NCBI GenBank assembly: GCA_965215005.1
Contig: CBDCCZ010000049.1
Span: 128,001 to 192,000 of the forward strand
From: Kofleriaceae bacterium
Lineage (GTDB): Bacteria > Myxococcota_A > Polyangia > Haliangiales > Haliangiaceae
DNA length: 64,000 nt
Direction of reading: 5' to 3'
Made by a program: the position numbers and the translations under genes. The notes beneath the pieces were generated by a model. The model was not told the origin of the DNA. It saw only the letters and a program-made list of their open reading frames with translations, and searched no databases. Shown one piece after another: positions 26,576 through 40,515 of the stretch. Each line of letters starts with the position of its first letter. Position 1 is the stretch's first letter.

Positions 26576-26917
26576 ATGCAGCAAGCCCAAGTCGCCGCGT
26601 CAAAGTCTTCGCTAGAAGGACTCTGGGTCCTCCTCGTTCACAACGAGGGCCAGCTAACTACGCAGGATCCGGAAGGTCGCGTGCCGATGCTGGCGCGCGC
26701 AGGCAACGAGCAGACCTATCTGCTCGGCTTCAAGAACATGCCGAATGCGCGCAAATTCCTCCAGTCGTCCTCGATTGAGGGTGCGGAGCCGCGCATGGTC
26801 GTCAAAGGCAATAAAGATGAGCTGTTGCGCATCGCGCAGACCGCCGGAGTTACCGGGGTGCTCGTCGACTACGACCCGCTCACCCAGCAGTACGCTACCG
26901 CCGCTGAGCTGTTTTGA
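26576..26917 (+). CDS. Hypothetical protein (~113 aa)
   Basis: AAGGAG upstream; globular alpha/beta-like sequence ending VTGVLVDYDP; divergent from moaA. Confidence 0.7.
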   Translation: MQQAQVAASKSSLEGLWVLLVHNEGQLTTQDPEGRVPMLARAGNEQTYLLGFKNMPNARKFLQSSSIEGAEPRMVVKGNKDELLRIAQTAGVTGVLVDYDPLTQQYATAAELF

Positions 26918-27167
26918 GAACGGCCGCGCTCCGGCGCGGTCCCCAGAAGCTTGATCCCGGCGCGCTCTCGCTATCATGAGCGCTCGCTTTAGCGCGCCGC
27001 TGCTGGCTCCCCCCGTGGTCGAGCCGCCTAGAGCGCAATCTTCGATGGCTGCGGGTTTGGGAATGCTCGGCGTCCAGCAGCCGCGACTCGGCAGTCTGAG
27101 CGTGTGCCGAGGTTGTCACGTCGACGGCATCGTTTGTCGGCCGCGCCGGCTCACCCTGCCCGCCGGC

Positions 27168-28061
27168 TCATCCGTTGGTGATGACGACCTCGCGGACCGG
27201 GCCGCGCTTGGCGGCGTTGGAGTTGATCGCGCGCGCGCAGTGCACCACTTCGATGCGAAATTCGGCGTAGAGCTCGCGGATGAAAGGCGTATCGCTGTTC
27301 GACGCGATCACCGTGCAGCCGCGGTCATTGAGCCGGCGCGCCAACGCCGCCAGCTGTCGTTGCTGCTCACAACCAAAGCTCTCAGCGGTGTAGCTGGTGA
27401 AGTTCGCGGTTGCCGATACCGGGTGGTACGGCGGGTCGAAGTACACCAGGTCTCCGGGTCCGGCGTCGGCCACGCCATCGACGAACGACTGACCGCGCAG
27501 CTCTGCGCCGCGCAAAACGGTGGCGGCGGCTCGCAGCTGGGCAGCGTCGAAGATGCGCGGATTGCGATAGCTGCCCATCGGCACGTTGAACCCACCGTTG
27601 CGGTTCACTCGCCACAGGCCGTTGTAACAGGTCTTGTTCAGGTAAATGAACGTCGCCGCCCGCCAGTCATCGGTCTCCGTCGACAGCCTGGCGTTCCAGC
27701 GATCGCGCACGGCGTAGAAGTGGTCGCGGCTATGCTGCTCGCGATGCTCTTCGAGCTGCTCGATCACCGCGCTCGTCTGGCTGGCAATCGTCCGGTACAT
27801 GTGGATGAGGTCGCCGTTGGTGTCACACAGCACCGCCTTCGCTGGTGCCAAGTGAAAGAACATCGCCGCCCCTCCTGCGAACGGCTCGAAGTAGCGCCCG
27901 TAGCGGCGCGGCACCCATCGTTGCAACTCGGCGAGCAGCTTGCTCTTGCCGCCGACCCACTTGACGATCGGCGCCGCGGTGACAAGCGGGCGGCGCGTGC
28001 GCAGGGGCGCGCGGGTAGAGCGTAACGAGAGGCGACGAGCGGCATGAGCCATGGCATCCAT
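27168..28061 (-). CDS. Orphan Dam/D12-class N6-adenine DNA methyltransferase; start uncertain
   Basis: IVKWVGGKSKL, YFEPFAGG, FIYLNKTCYNGLWRVN, VYFDPPY, SNSDT. Confidence 0.92.
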   Translation of the reverse strand: MDAMAHAARRLSLRSTRAPLRTRRPLVTAAPIVKWVGGKSKLLAELQRWVPRRYGRYFEPFAGGAAMFFHLAPAKAVLCDTNGDLIHMYRTIASQTSAVIEQLEEHREQHSRDHFYAVRDRWNARLSTETDDWRAATFIYLNKTCYNGLWRVNRNGGFNVPMGSYRNPRIFDAAQLRAAATVLRGAELRGQSFVDGVADAGPGDLVYFDPPYHPVSATANFTSYTAESFGCEQQRQLAALARRLNDRGCTVIASNSDTPFIRELYAEFRIEVVHCARAINSNAAKRGPVREVVITNG

Positions 28062-28171
28062 GCTGTCCGCTGCCGATCCCGGGGGCAATTTTTTTGCTAC
28101 GGCCGCCAGCGGAGCAAGCCCGCCCCCGTATCGCGGTGGACAAGCTCCGCATCGAGGCTCCTGGCGGCGGC

Positions 28172-30205
<2,034 letters not shown>

Positions 30206-30317
30206 GTCGCGGCGCACTATACAGCACCGATCCGGTGAAGAGAATGCCGTGTTTCCAAGCTATTAGTTCGCTGGGGCGGCCTTGTAGCACGCGCGGAGCG
30301 TGGGCTAAACTGCCGGC

Positions 30318-31235
30318 ATGTACGCCCGTTCATCGGTCGCGCTGACGGCGGCGATTCTGCTCGCATGGGCGGCCACCGCCAATGCTCAAGACCTCTCCAA
30401 AGCAGACGCCGAAAAGGCTCGCCAGCACTACACAAACGCGCAAGCGGCAATGCAGCAAGGTGACTTCGAGTTCGCCGCGCAGCAGTTCGCCGTGGCTTAC
30501 GATTACACCAAGGATCCAGTGTTGTTCTACTCGATCGCGAGCGCCAACGATCAAGCCGGCGATTGCGAGGCCGCGGTGGTCTACTACGGCCGCTACATCC
30601 GCGAAGCAGCGCCCGCGGACGACGCGCCAGCCGCAACCAAGACACAGTATGAGCAGTATCGCCAGCTCGCCGAGCAGCGACTCGCGGCCTGCCAAGCGAC
30701 CGCGGGCGCGGCTTCCGCAACGGCGCAAGAGCCGTCAGCCGAGACACCAACTTCGGCGGGCGTGACGGAGCCATCCGCCGAGACACCTGCGCCTGCCGCG
30801 AGCTCCGCGGCAACCGCGGGACCTGCAGCACCCGCCGCGGCTCTCGCCCCCGCCCCTTCGTGGCAGCGCAGCGCCGGCTGGATCGCCGTGGGCGGAACCG
30901 TCGCCTTCGCCACGGTTGGCGCCGTGCTCGGTCTCTCGGCCGCGTCTCGCGCGGACGACGTCGAGAACTTGCTCACGTTCCGCGAGGTCGACGGCCAGCC
31001 GGCACGCTACGACGGCACGACCCGAGAGCGCTATGAGGACCTGGTCGACGAGGGCGAGCGCTTCGAAACCTACGCGGCGGTTGCCTTCGGGTTGGCCGGC
31101 GCTGCGGCGGTGAGCGCCACCGTGTTCTTTCTTCTCGACTCGAGCCACGAGTCGGGCGAGGTTGCCCCGCAGCGAACCGTGACACCGACGGTCAGCAATC
31201 GCTCGGTCGGCCTCAGCACTCGCTGGCAGTTCTAG
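30318..31235 (+). CDS. Exported TPR protein with Ala/Pro-rich linker and C-terminal hydrophobic segments
   Basis: Signal peptide (ATANA); TPR-like AAQQFAVAY..PVLFYSIASA..AVVYYGRY; two hydrophobic helices; ends RWQF. Confidence 0.8.
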   Translation: MYARSSVALTAAILLAWAATANAQDLSKADAEKARQHYTNAQAAMQQGDFEFAAQQFAVAYDYTKDPVLFYSIASANDQAGDCEAAVVYYGRYIREAAPADDAPAATKTQYEQYRQLAEQRLAACQATAGAASATAQEPSAETPTSAGVTEPSAETPAPAASSAATAGPAAPAAALAPAPSWQRSAGWIAVGGTVAFATVGAVLGLSAASRADDVENLLTFREVDGQPARYDGTTRERYEDLVDEGERFETYAAVAFGLAGAAAVSATVFFLLDSSHESGEVAPQRTVTPTVSNRSVGLSTRWQF

Positions 31236-31274
31236 TCGCTCCCACACCTCTTTCCCCCGCAGAAAAGTAGCATC

Positions 31275-32003
31275 ATGGTTTTCGGCTTGTTCTCCAAGGA
31301 AAGCGCCCTCAAACGCGCCCAGAAGAAGGCCCTCAATCGGCTGGCACAGTCTGCCGACCGCTGGGCCGCGCTCGAGAAGCTTCGTGATGCCGGCGACGAC
31401 GAGTCGCTGATGGCGTTGTGCCGGCGGTTCTCGTTCACCAGCCTCAAGTCGGTGGAGGATGAGCAAGAAAAGGCGTGGGTGGTAGAAAGCCTCAGCGCCA
31501 AAGGCGAGGCAGCACTGCCGGCGCTCAAGCGCTACATGCAAGAAGCAACGTCCGTGGCGTATCCGCTGCGCGTGTTGGAGAACGCGGCCAGCAAGGCGGA
31601 GGCGCTTGCGGTGATCGACGAGCTCATGCTCGCTGAGAAACCCGGCTATACGCGTGATCCCTCCAAGCGAGTCGACTATATCGATTGGCTCGCCGAGTGG
31701 CAGCCAGCAACCAACGACGAGGTCGCCGAGCGGGTGATTCCGTACCTCGCGGACTACGACGAGAACGTCCGCTACGCGGCGGTCGAGGCGATCGCCCACC
31801 GGCCCACGCCGAAGGCCACACCGGCGCTGCTCGACGCGCTGGTTCGGCAAGAGGAGGAGTCCAAGCGACTGCAAATTCGTATCGCTGAGGTCCTTTCAGA
31901 CATCGAGAGTCCGCTTGGCGAGCAAAAAAAAGCTGTTCAGCCGCTGCTCGAGGACGTTCTCGGTGGTTTTCGACTTCACCGCGACAAGCTGGTGCGCAAA
32001 TAG
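31275..32003 (+). CDS. HEAT-repeat protein
   Basis: IPYLADYDENVRYAAVEAIA and similar helical repeats; packed just upstream of carB. Confidence 0.75.
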   Translation: MVFGLFSKESALKRAQKKALNRLAQSADRWAALEKLRDAGDDESLMALCRRFSFTSLKSVEDEQEKAWVVESLSAKGEAALPALKRYMQEATSVAYPLRVLENAASKAEALAVIDELMLAEKPGYTRDPSKRVDYIDWLAEWQPATNDEVAERVIPYLADYDENVRYAAVEAIAHRPTPKATPALLDALVRQEEESKRLQIRIAEVLSDIESPLGEQKKAVQPLLEDVLGGFRLHRDKLVRK

Positions 32004-32012
32004 TACGTCCCG

Positions 32013-35225
<3,213 letters not shown>

Positions 35226-35229
35226 TCAG

Positions 35230-35727
35230 ATGGCAGACAAGTATCCCATGACGCCGGCAGGCGCGGAGTGGATGAAGGCGCGCCTCGACCATCTCAAGCG
35301 CGTCGAACGTTTTAGTAACGCCAAGGCAATCGAGGTGGCGCGCGGCCACGGCGACTTGTCTGAGAATGCCGACTACGACGCCGCCAAAGAAGAGCAAGGC
35401 ATGATCGAGGCTCGCATCCGCGAGTATGAGGCGAAGCTGGCGCTTTCCGAGGTCATCGACCCAACTAGCCTCAGCGGTGACAAGGTCATGTTCGGCGCCA
35501 CCGTCACCATTCAAGACGCGGAAAGCGGCGAAGAGAGCACCTACACCATCGTGGGCGAGCACGAGGCCGACATCAAGAAGGGCCGCATCTCCGTTGGTGC
35601 GCCCGTGGCCCGTGCGCTCATCGGCAAGCACGTGGGCGATGAAGCGGTGGTGCAGACGCCAAAGGGCAAGCGCGAGTTCGAGATCATTAACGTCGACTGG
35701 CTTGCCGTCGGACCTCCCGACGCCTAG
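35230..35727 (+). CDS. greA: Transcription elongation factor GreA
   Basis: ARGHGDLSENADYDAAKEEQ, APVARALIGK; GGAGG upstream; carB-greA order. Confidence 0.95.
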   Translation: MADKYPMTPAGAEWMKARLDHLKRVERFSNAKAIEVARGHGDLSENADYDAAKEEQGMIEARIREYEAKLALSEVIDPTSLSGDKVMFGATVTIQDAESGEESTYTIVGEHEADIKKGRISVGAPVARALIGKHVGDEAVVQTPKGKREFEIINVDWLAVGPPDA

Positions 35728-35994
35728 GGGTCACGGCGTGCCCCGGAGCTCCTCGCCGCGGGTTTGGCAACGCGAAACACCGGCACCCCGATGCGGAGCA
35801 TGGGACGCGGTTCTCGCTGCTCGCGCTTTTCCTTCGGGTTCTCTCCGCTTCGCTTGCCGCGGTTCTATTCAGTGACCCACGGCTTCGGCCCTGAACCACA
35901 TGCGGCTGATGAGGAGACTCCGTCACTCTCACGACAGCTGCGCGAATGAGGCCGCAGCGGCCCGCAGACACTTCTCCTCGCCAGCGCGATAGAC

Positions 35995-36252
<258 letters not shown>

Positions 36253-36255
36253 CTA

Positions 36256-36271
36256 AGCAGACTTCGTGCCG
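36256..36271 (-). promoter_or_regulatory. Putative sigma54 (-24/-12) promoter for the DSFPASDPP protein
   Basis: Minus strand CGGCACGAAGTCTGCT, GG-N10-GC, close to TGGCACG-N4-TTGC, ~25 nt upstream of the ATG. Confidence 0.55.
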
Positions 36272-36286
36272 AGCTCAGGACCAGGC

Positions 36287-37321
36287 TCATTCCTGCGATG
36301 CCGCGGCGGTCATCGCGCGGTCCCAAGCGATTCCCGCGTTGCCGTGAAAGTCTCGCTCGGCGTACGCGTCTAGCGACTCGGGAGACGCGTTACCGGGCTT
36401 CCCATTGGCAGATAGCGGCTGTTCACCGGCTTGCGGATCTACCGGCGCGCCCGTGTCCCAGAATTGCCCCTCGAGCGAGCGGTTGTACCAGCTCGACGTG
36501 CCGCCCGCGGCTGGGCTCTTTTGCAGCTGGAAGTGCAGATGAGGGCCGCATGCCCAGCCAGTTTGGCCGCTGTAGCCCAGCACCTCGCCGCGCTCCACCC
36601 GCTGCCCCGGCTGCACCGTGCGGTCGTCGGCGGCCATATAACCGAGGTGCAGATACAGCGACTCGACGCCGTCTCCGCGGTCGAGCACCACGTAGTTGGC
36701 ATCGCCGGCGGCCGAGCTGTCACACGCGCCGCGGCGGCTATCGAAGCGAGCGAGGCGCACTACCCCAGCGTGCGCTGCGAGCACGGGAGTACCGGCAGGG
36801 AGTGCTAGGTCCCACGCCCACGCGCCATTCCCGAGGTGACTCCCGCTGTGATGTCCTTGGCTGACCCGGTACCGCTCGCCCGCCTGCCATGGCAACAGCA
36901 ACCGATGGAGACTGTCGCAAGCTTCCAAATCCGCACCGACGGCCCAACCGTGCTGGCCGCCAAAGCTGACCTCGTACCACGGCTCCGCATCATTGGCGGG
37001 TCCCTCGAGCACGACGACCCGTGCACCTCGTGGCAAGTGCATCACCGCGGCGGTGTCGCTCCGCGGCGCGTCGCGCAGCGCCGCTTCGTCCTTCACGCAC
37101 CAATACACCGAGCCCTCGGTGTCCTGCGCCTCCGAGCCCGGCGCCGCAACCTCGACACCCTCATCCTCAACGGGTGTCGGCATCGCTACCCCGGCTCCTT
37201 CGTTGCCGTCGTCAGCCAGCGGCTCCGCAGAACAGGCGAACAGGTGAGTCGCCAGAGCCCCCACGACAGCCGCGCACGATGGCCTTTGCCACATGGTGCG
37301 ACCTTCCGATGCAACGGTCAT
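36287..37321 (-). CDS. M23-family peptidase lipoprotein with SH3-like domain
   Basis: LFAC lipobox; ALRDAP...WYEVSFGGQHGW (SH3b-like); H...AWDL, GTPVLAAHAG, YLHL, GYSGQTG, GPHLHF. Confidence 0.88.
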   Translation of the reverse strand: MTVASEGRTMWQRPSCAAVVGALATHLFACSAEPLADDGNEGAGVAMPTPVEDEGVEVAAPGSEAQDTEGSVYWCVKDEAALRDAPRSDTAAVMHLPRGARVVVLEGPANDAEPWYEVSFGGQHGWAVGADLEACDSLHRLLLPWQAGERYRVSQGHHSGSHLGNGAWAWDLALPAGTPVLAAHAGVVRLARFDSRRGACDSSAAGDANYVVLDRGDGVESLYLHLGYMAADDRTVQPGQRVERGEVLGYSGQTGWACGPHLHFQLQKSPAAGGTSSWYNRSLEGQFWDTGAPVDPQAGEQPLSANGKPGNASPESLDAYAERDFHGNAGIAWDRAMTAAASQE

Positions 37322-37636
37322 GCCGTGGACAAAGCACTTCTAACGTAGGGAGAATCTGCACGTTGAGCCCCAGCCGTCGTCGCAGGCGGGGACGACGCGT
37401 GCCCCGGCAGCTCATCTGGTCACCAGCGGCCGACCCCTGCGACCGCTGCTGAGCGACATCTCGAGCTGCGCCTCCTCCACCGCGTCGCGTCGAATTTACG
37501 CGGGAGTGAAAGCGCCCGAGCTGTGCTCGGACGCATGAGCAGCTCGCCCACGACGTCTCGAGGAGCGTGACGCCTTGCCAGTAATCAGGCCGGGCCGCCA
37601 ATAGTTCAGACGCAGCTTGCGGGAGCGTTGTCTAGC

Positions 37637-38332
37637 TTAACGGATTGGGGAATGCTTGAAGGTCCAGCCGAGAGCGCGCAGGTCACGCATGAGCATGTCC
37701 ACGATCACCTTGTTGACGTTGAGCCATTCCGTGTGCGTAGCACCCGAGGGCGTGACCACATCAACCATGGACGGCTCGACCACTTCTCCGAACAGCGTGG
37801 GGCCGAGTCCCAGCGTGAGCCTACTGCCGCGGTCGAGGTTCGTACCACAGACGATCTGACACCCAAGTCCACCATCGGTGACGAGCCACCACGTCTGAGT
37901 GCCGTCGAGGTCCGGCGCCGGCTCGAGATGGTAGCGGGGACTTATGACCCCGTCTTCATTCATGACGACCGGCTCATTGGTGCGCGCGCTCGGCGGCAGA
38001 ATGATGCGGACACCGGCTGTGCCGGATCCATCGCGGATGGAGGTGAACTCCCAAGTACCTTCCGCGTCCCCGACAGCTTGTTCTATCGCCGGTTTGAGCT
38101 GCGGTAGCAGCGGCGCTTTGGCGTCCACGTCGATGTTAAATGGGGTGCTACTCCCGGGGACTAGGCCCCATTCTTCGACACTCATCAGGTATCCGACAAA
38201 GTCAGAGGGACGCCACCAACTCCATGTCGCTGCGAGCGTTGCAGTTAAGAGGCTCGGGCTCCCATCGTCGTGAGCCGCCGTGAGCATGCGCGCAGGAGCG
38301 CGAATTCGGATGTCGTAGGCGTCGGGGGTCAT
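37637..38332 (-). CDS. Putative immunity protein, orphan-cassette copy
   Basis: ATGA overlap with the stop of the upstream toxin fragment; ~80% aa identical by hand count to 39817-40515. The immunity role is inferred from position. Confidence 0.7.
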   Translation of the reverse strand: MTPDAYDIRIRAPARMLTAAHDDGSPSLLTATLAATWSWWRPSDFVGYLMSVEEWGLVPGSSTPFNIDVDAKAPLLPQLKPAIEQAVGDAEGTWEFTSIRDGSGTAGVRIILPPSARTNEPVVMNEDGVISPRYHLEPAPDLDGTQTWWLVTDGGLGCQIVCGTNLDRGSRLTLGLGPTLFGEVVEPSMVDVVTPSGATHTEWLNVNKVIVDMLMRDLRALGWTFKHSPIR

Positions 38333-39401
38333 GGGCTCACTACTCTCCATTCGTTGCTGGCGTCGCGTCGGAACGTCCGAGCAATGCCACCATCCATGCG
38401 GATGACGACTTCAGACACCCGTTGGGCGCCGGGTGGTTTGTTAAGGCGTGACATGTTTCGCAGATCGCGGAGGAGTTCGTTGAACCAGTCAACAGGTGCC
38501 CTCACGTCTCGCCAGCCGCCCCCGCCATCGGGACGCGCCGTGTGTTGGAGGCCGGCATCGTCCACTCGTCTACGGGTGTCGCCACCACCTGGAAGCCCCC
38601 CCTGCGCCGACCGCAGCTCCGCATCGAAGGTGCCATAAACCACCACCCGATAGTCGCCTTCGGGGCTGCTATCGAACTTCTGTAGACCCTCACTCATCTG
38701 CTTGGTGAGATCAGCGGCGCTGCTTACCGGAGCGCGGACGCTCTTTATCTCCGTCAGCTGGCCCGAGGCGGTCCGGAGGTCCGCGTTGAAATCTTTCGTA
38801 CCGGTCCGATGCTCGCCAAGGATTAGTGTGTCGTTGTGGGCTAGGGCGGCGAGCTGGTGGCGGGCTTCGATGAGCTCGTTGAGCAGGTCGGCGCGCTGGT
38901 GGGCGGCGTCTGGGGTGTCGGCTGTGATGCCGTTGATTTCGGCGAGGACGGCGTCGATGTCGCGGACGCGTGGATCGCTGGCGAGCTGGTGCAGTAGCGT
39001 CGGCAGCTCGGCGGCGTCGATGCCGCGGGTGGCGAGGATGGCGACGTCTTGTTGGGCGCGATCGAGGAGGCGGCCGGCGTCGCTGCCGCTTCCGCCGCGT
39101 TCGGCGTAGGCGGCGACGGCGTCCGCGCGGGTGGCGCGCGCGTCACTGCCGGCAGGCGCTTCTTCGAATCTGCCGTCGACGAAGCGGCGCGGCGGCAGCT
39201 CGGCGCCGTGCGCATCGAAGCGTCGCGCGCGTCCCACCGAAGGGACGCCGCTGTCGTCCAGGACCCAGCGATAGCCCTCGGGGATGGCGTTGGCGTCGGG
39301 GCCGTAGCGAAATTCGGCTTCGAGCGCAGCGGTCCAGCCGCTTGGCAGCGGCTCGAGGCGATGCGCTGCGTGGCCGCGCTGCGCGAGCAGCTGCTGATGG
39401 C
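38329..39401 (-). pseudogene. Orphan, start-less C-terminal toxin cassette duplicating the 3' ~1070 bp of the 1735-aa gene
   Basis: Frame open from HQQLLAQRGH to WRVVSP*; in-frame TAA at 39411-39409 just upstream; no ATG near the 5' end (GTG 39237 is an internal Val in the parent gene). Confidence 0.8.
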
Positions 39402-39816
39402 AGCGGGTTTACGCTAGCGACAATGCCGCGGGCGAGACCGGCTCGGTCTTAGCGAAAGCGTCGTGATCGCGAGACGGTCGAGCGTAGCCGTGATTGCGGC
39501 TGTACCGTCTCTAGCGTCGAGCGCGCGCTACCACGTCGGCATGGGCATCGGCATCGGGCGCGCCGCGCGCCGAGCATGCACGGTTCATCGGGGCTCGTTT
39601 TTCGGCCAGGCGATGGCATGCACTCGCCGAGTCTCGCATCACACCGTCGAGCCGTGTAGGTGTCGCTTACGCGTTGAGACCTCGCGGAAATCAACGCGCG
39701 CGATCCACGTTCACGTGCAAGCGTAGCTCGCCCGCGGTGTGGAGAAGCGTGACGCGGTTTCTTGGAAGCAAGCGATGTCAACGATGAAGACACGGCTTGC
39801 GGGCGTGGCGGCCAGT

Positions 39817-40515
39817 TTAGCGGTATGGGGACTGTTTGAAGGTCCAGCCGAGCGCGCGCAGATCACTCATGAGCATGTCCACGATCACCTTGTTGGCATT
39901 TAGCCACTCGGTGTGCGTGGCAGTGGAGGGCGTGACCATGTCAATCACGGACGGCTCGACTACCTCTTCAAACAGCGTCGGGCCGAGTCCGAGGATAAGC
40001 TCGCTGCCGCCACGGTCGATATCGGTCCCACAGAAGACCTGGCACCCGAGTCCGCGGTCGGCGACTAGCCAACATGTCTTGGCGCCGGCGAGGTCCGGCG
40101 CCGGCTCGAGATGGTAATAGGAGCTGATGGTGCCGTCTTCATTCATGACGACCGGCTCATTGGTGCGCGCGCTCGGCGGCAGGATGATGCGAACGCCGGC
40201 AGTCCCGGATCCGTCACGGATGGAGGTGAACTCCCAGTTACCTTCCGCGTCTCGAATAGCTTGGTCTATCGCCAGCGTGAGCTGTGACGGCAATGGGGCT
40301 TTGGTATCTACGTCGACGTTGAATGGGGTGCTACTTCCGGCGACTGGGCCCCATTCTTCTACGCTCATCAGGTATCCGACATAGTCTGAAGGACGCCACC
40401 AACTCCATGTCGCTGCGAGCGTCGCGATCATGAGGCTCTGGCCCTCGTCGCCGTGAGCCGCCGTGAGCATGCGAGCGGGAGCGCGAATGCGAATATCGTA
40501 AGCGTCGGGGATCAT
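39817..40515 (-). CDS. Putative cognate immunity protein of the DUF4157-like toxin
   Basis: 232-aa acidic protein starting MIPDAY with ATGA overlap on the toxin stop; GGAG upstream; no recognised family. Confidence 0.7.
   Translation of the reverse strand: MIPDAYDIRIRAPARMLTAAHGDEGQSLMIATLAATWSWWRPSDYVGYLMSVEEWGPVAGSSTPFNVDVDTKAPLPSQLTLAIDQAIRDAEGNWEFTSIRDGSGTAGVRIILPPSARTNEPVVMNEDGTISSYYHLEPAPDLAGAKTCWLVADRGLGCQVFCGTDIDRGGSELILGLGPTLFEEVVEPSVIDMVTPSTATHTEWLNANKVIVDMLMSDLRALGWTFKQSPYR

Larger units (their letters stand above)
37637..39401 (-). repeat. Direct repeat, copy B of the toxin C-terminus + immunity module
   Basis: Aligns to 39817-41581 at offset 2180; sharp boundary at CTGCTGATGGC (39401/41581). 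Confidence 0.95.

Noticed and set aside
35728..35878. Long imperfect hairpin after greA (GGGTCAC...GTGACCC), considered as 6S or SRP RNA
   Set aside because: No SRP loop motif, not the usual 6S gene context, and competing local hairpins in GC-rich DNA; an Rfam scan would be needed.
35922..35946. CTGATGA followed by a GAGA/TCTC stem, resembling a hammerhead ribozyme core
   Set aside because: The required GAAA reads GACA and stems I and III cannot be formed convincingly.
39560..39680. GCACGGTTC and GAGCCGTGT, resembling group II intron domain V
   Set aside because: The halves are in the wrong order, do not pair into domain V, and there is no reverse transcriptase.
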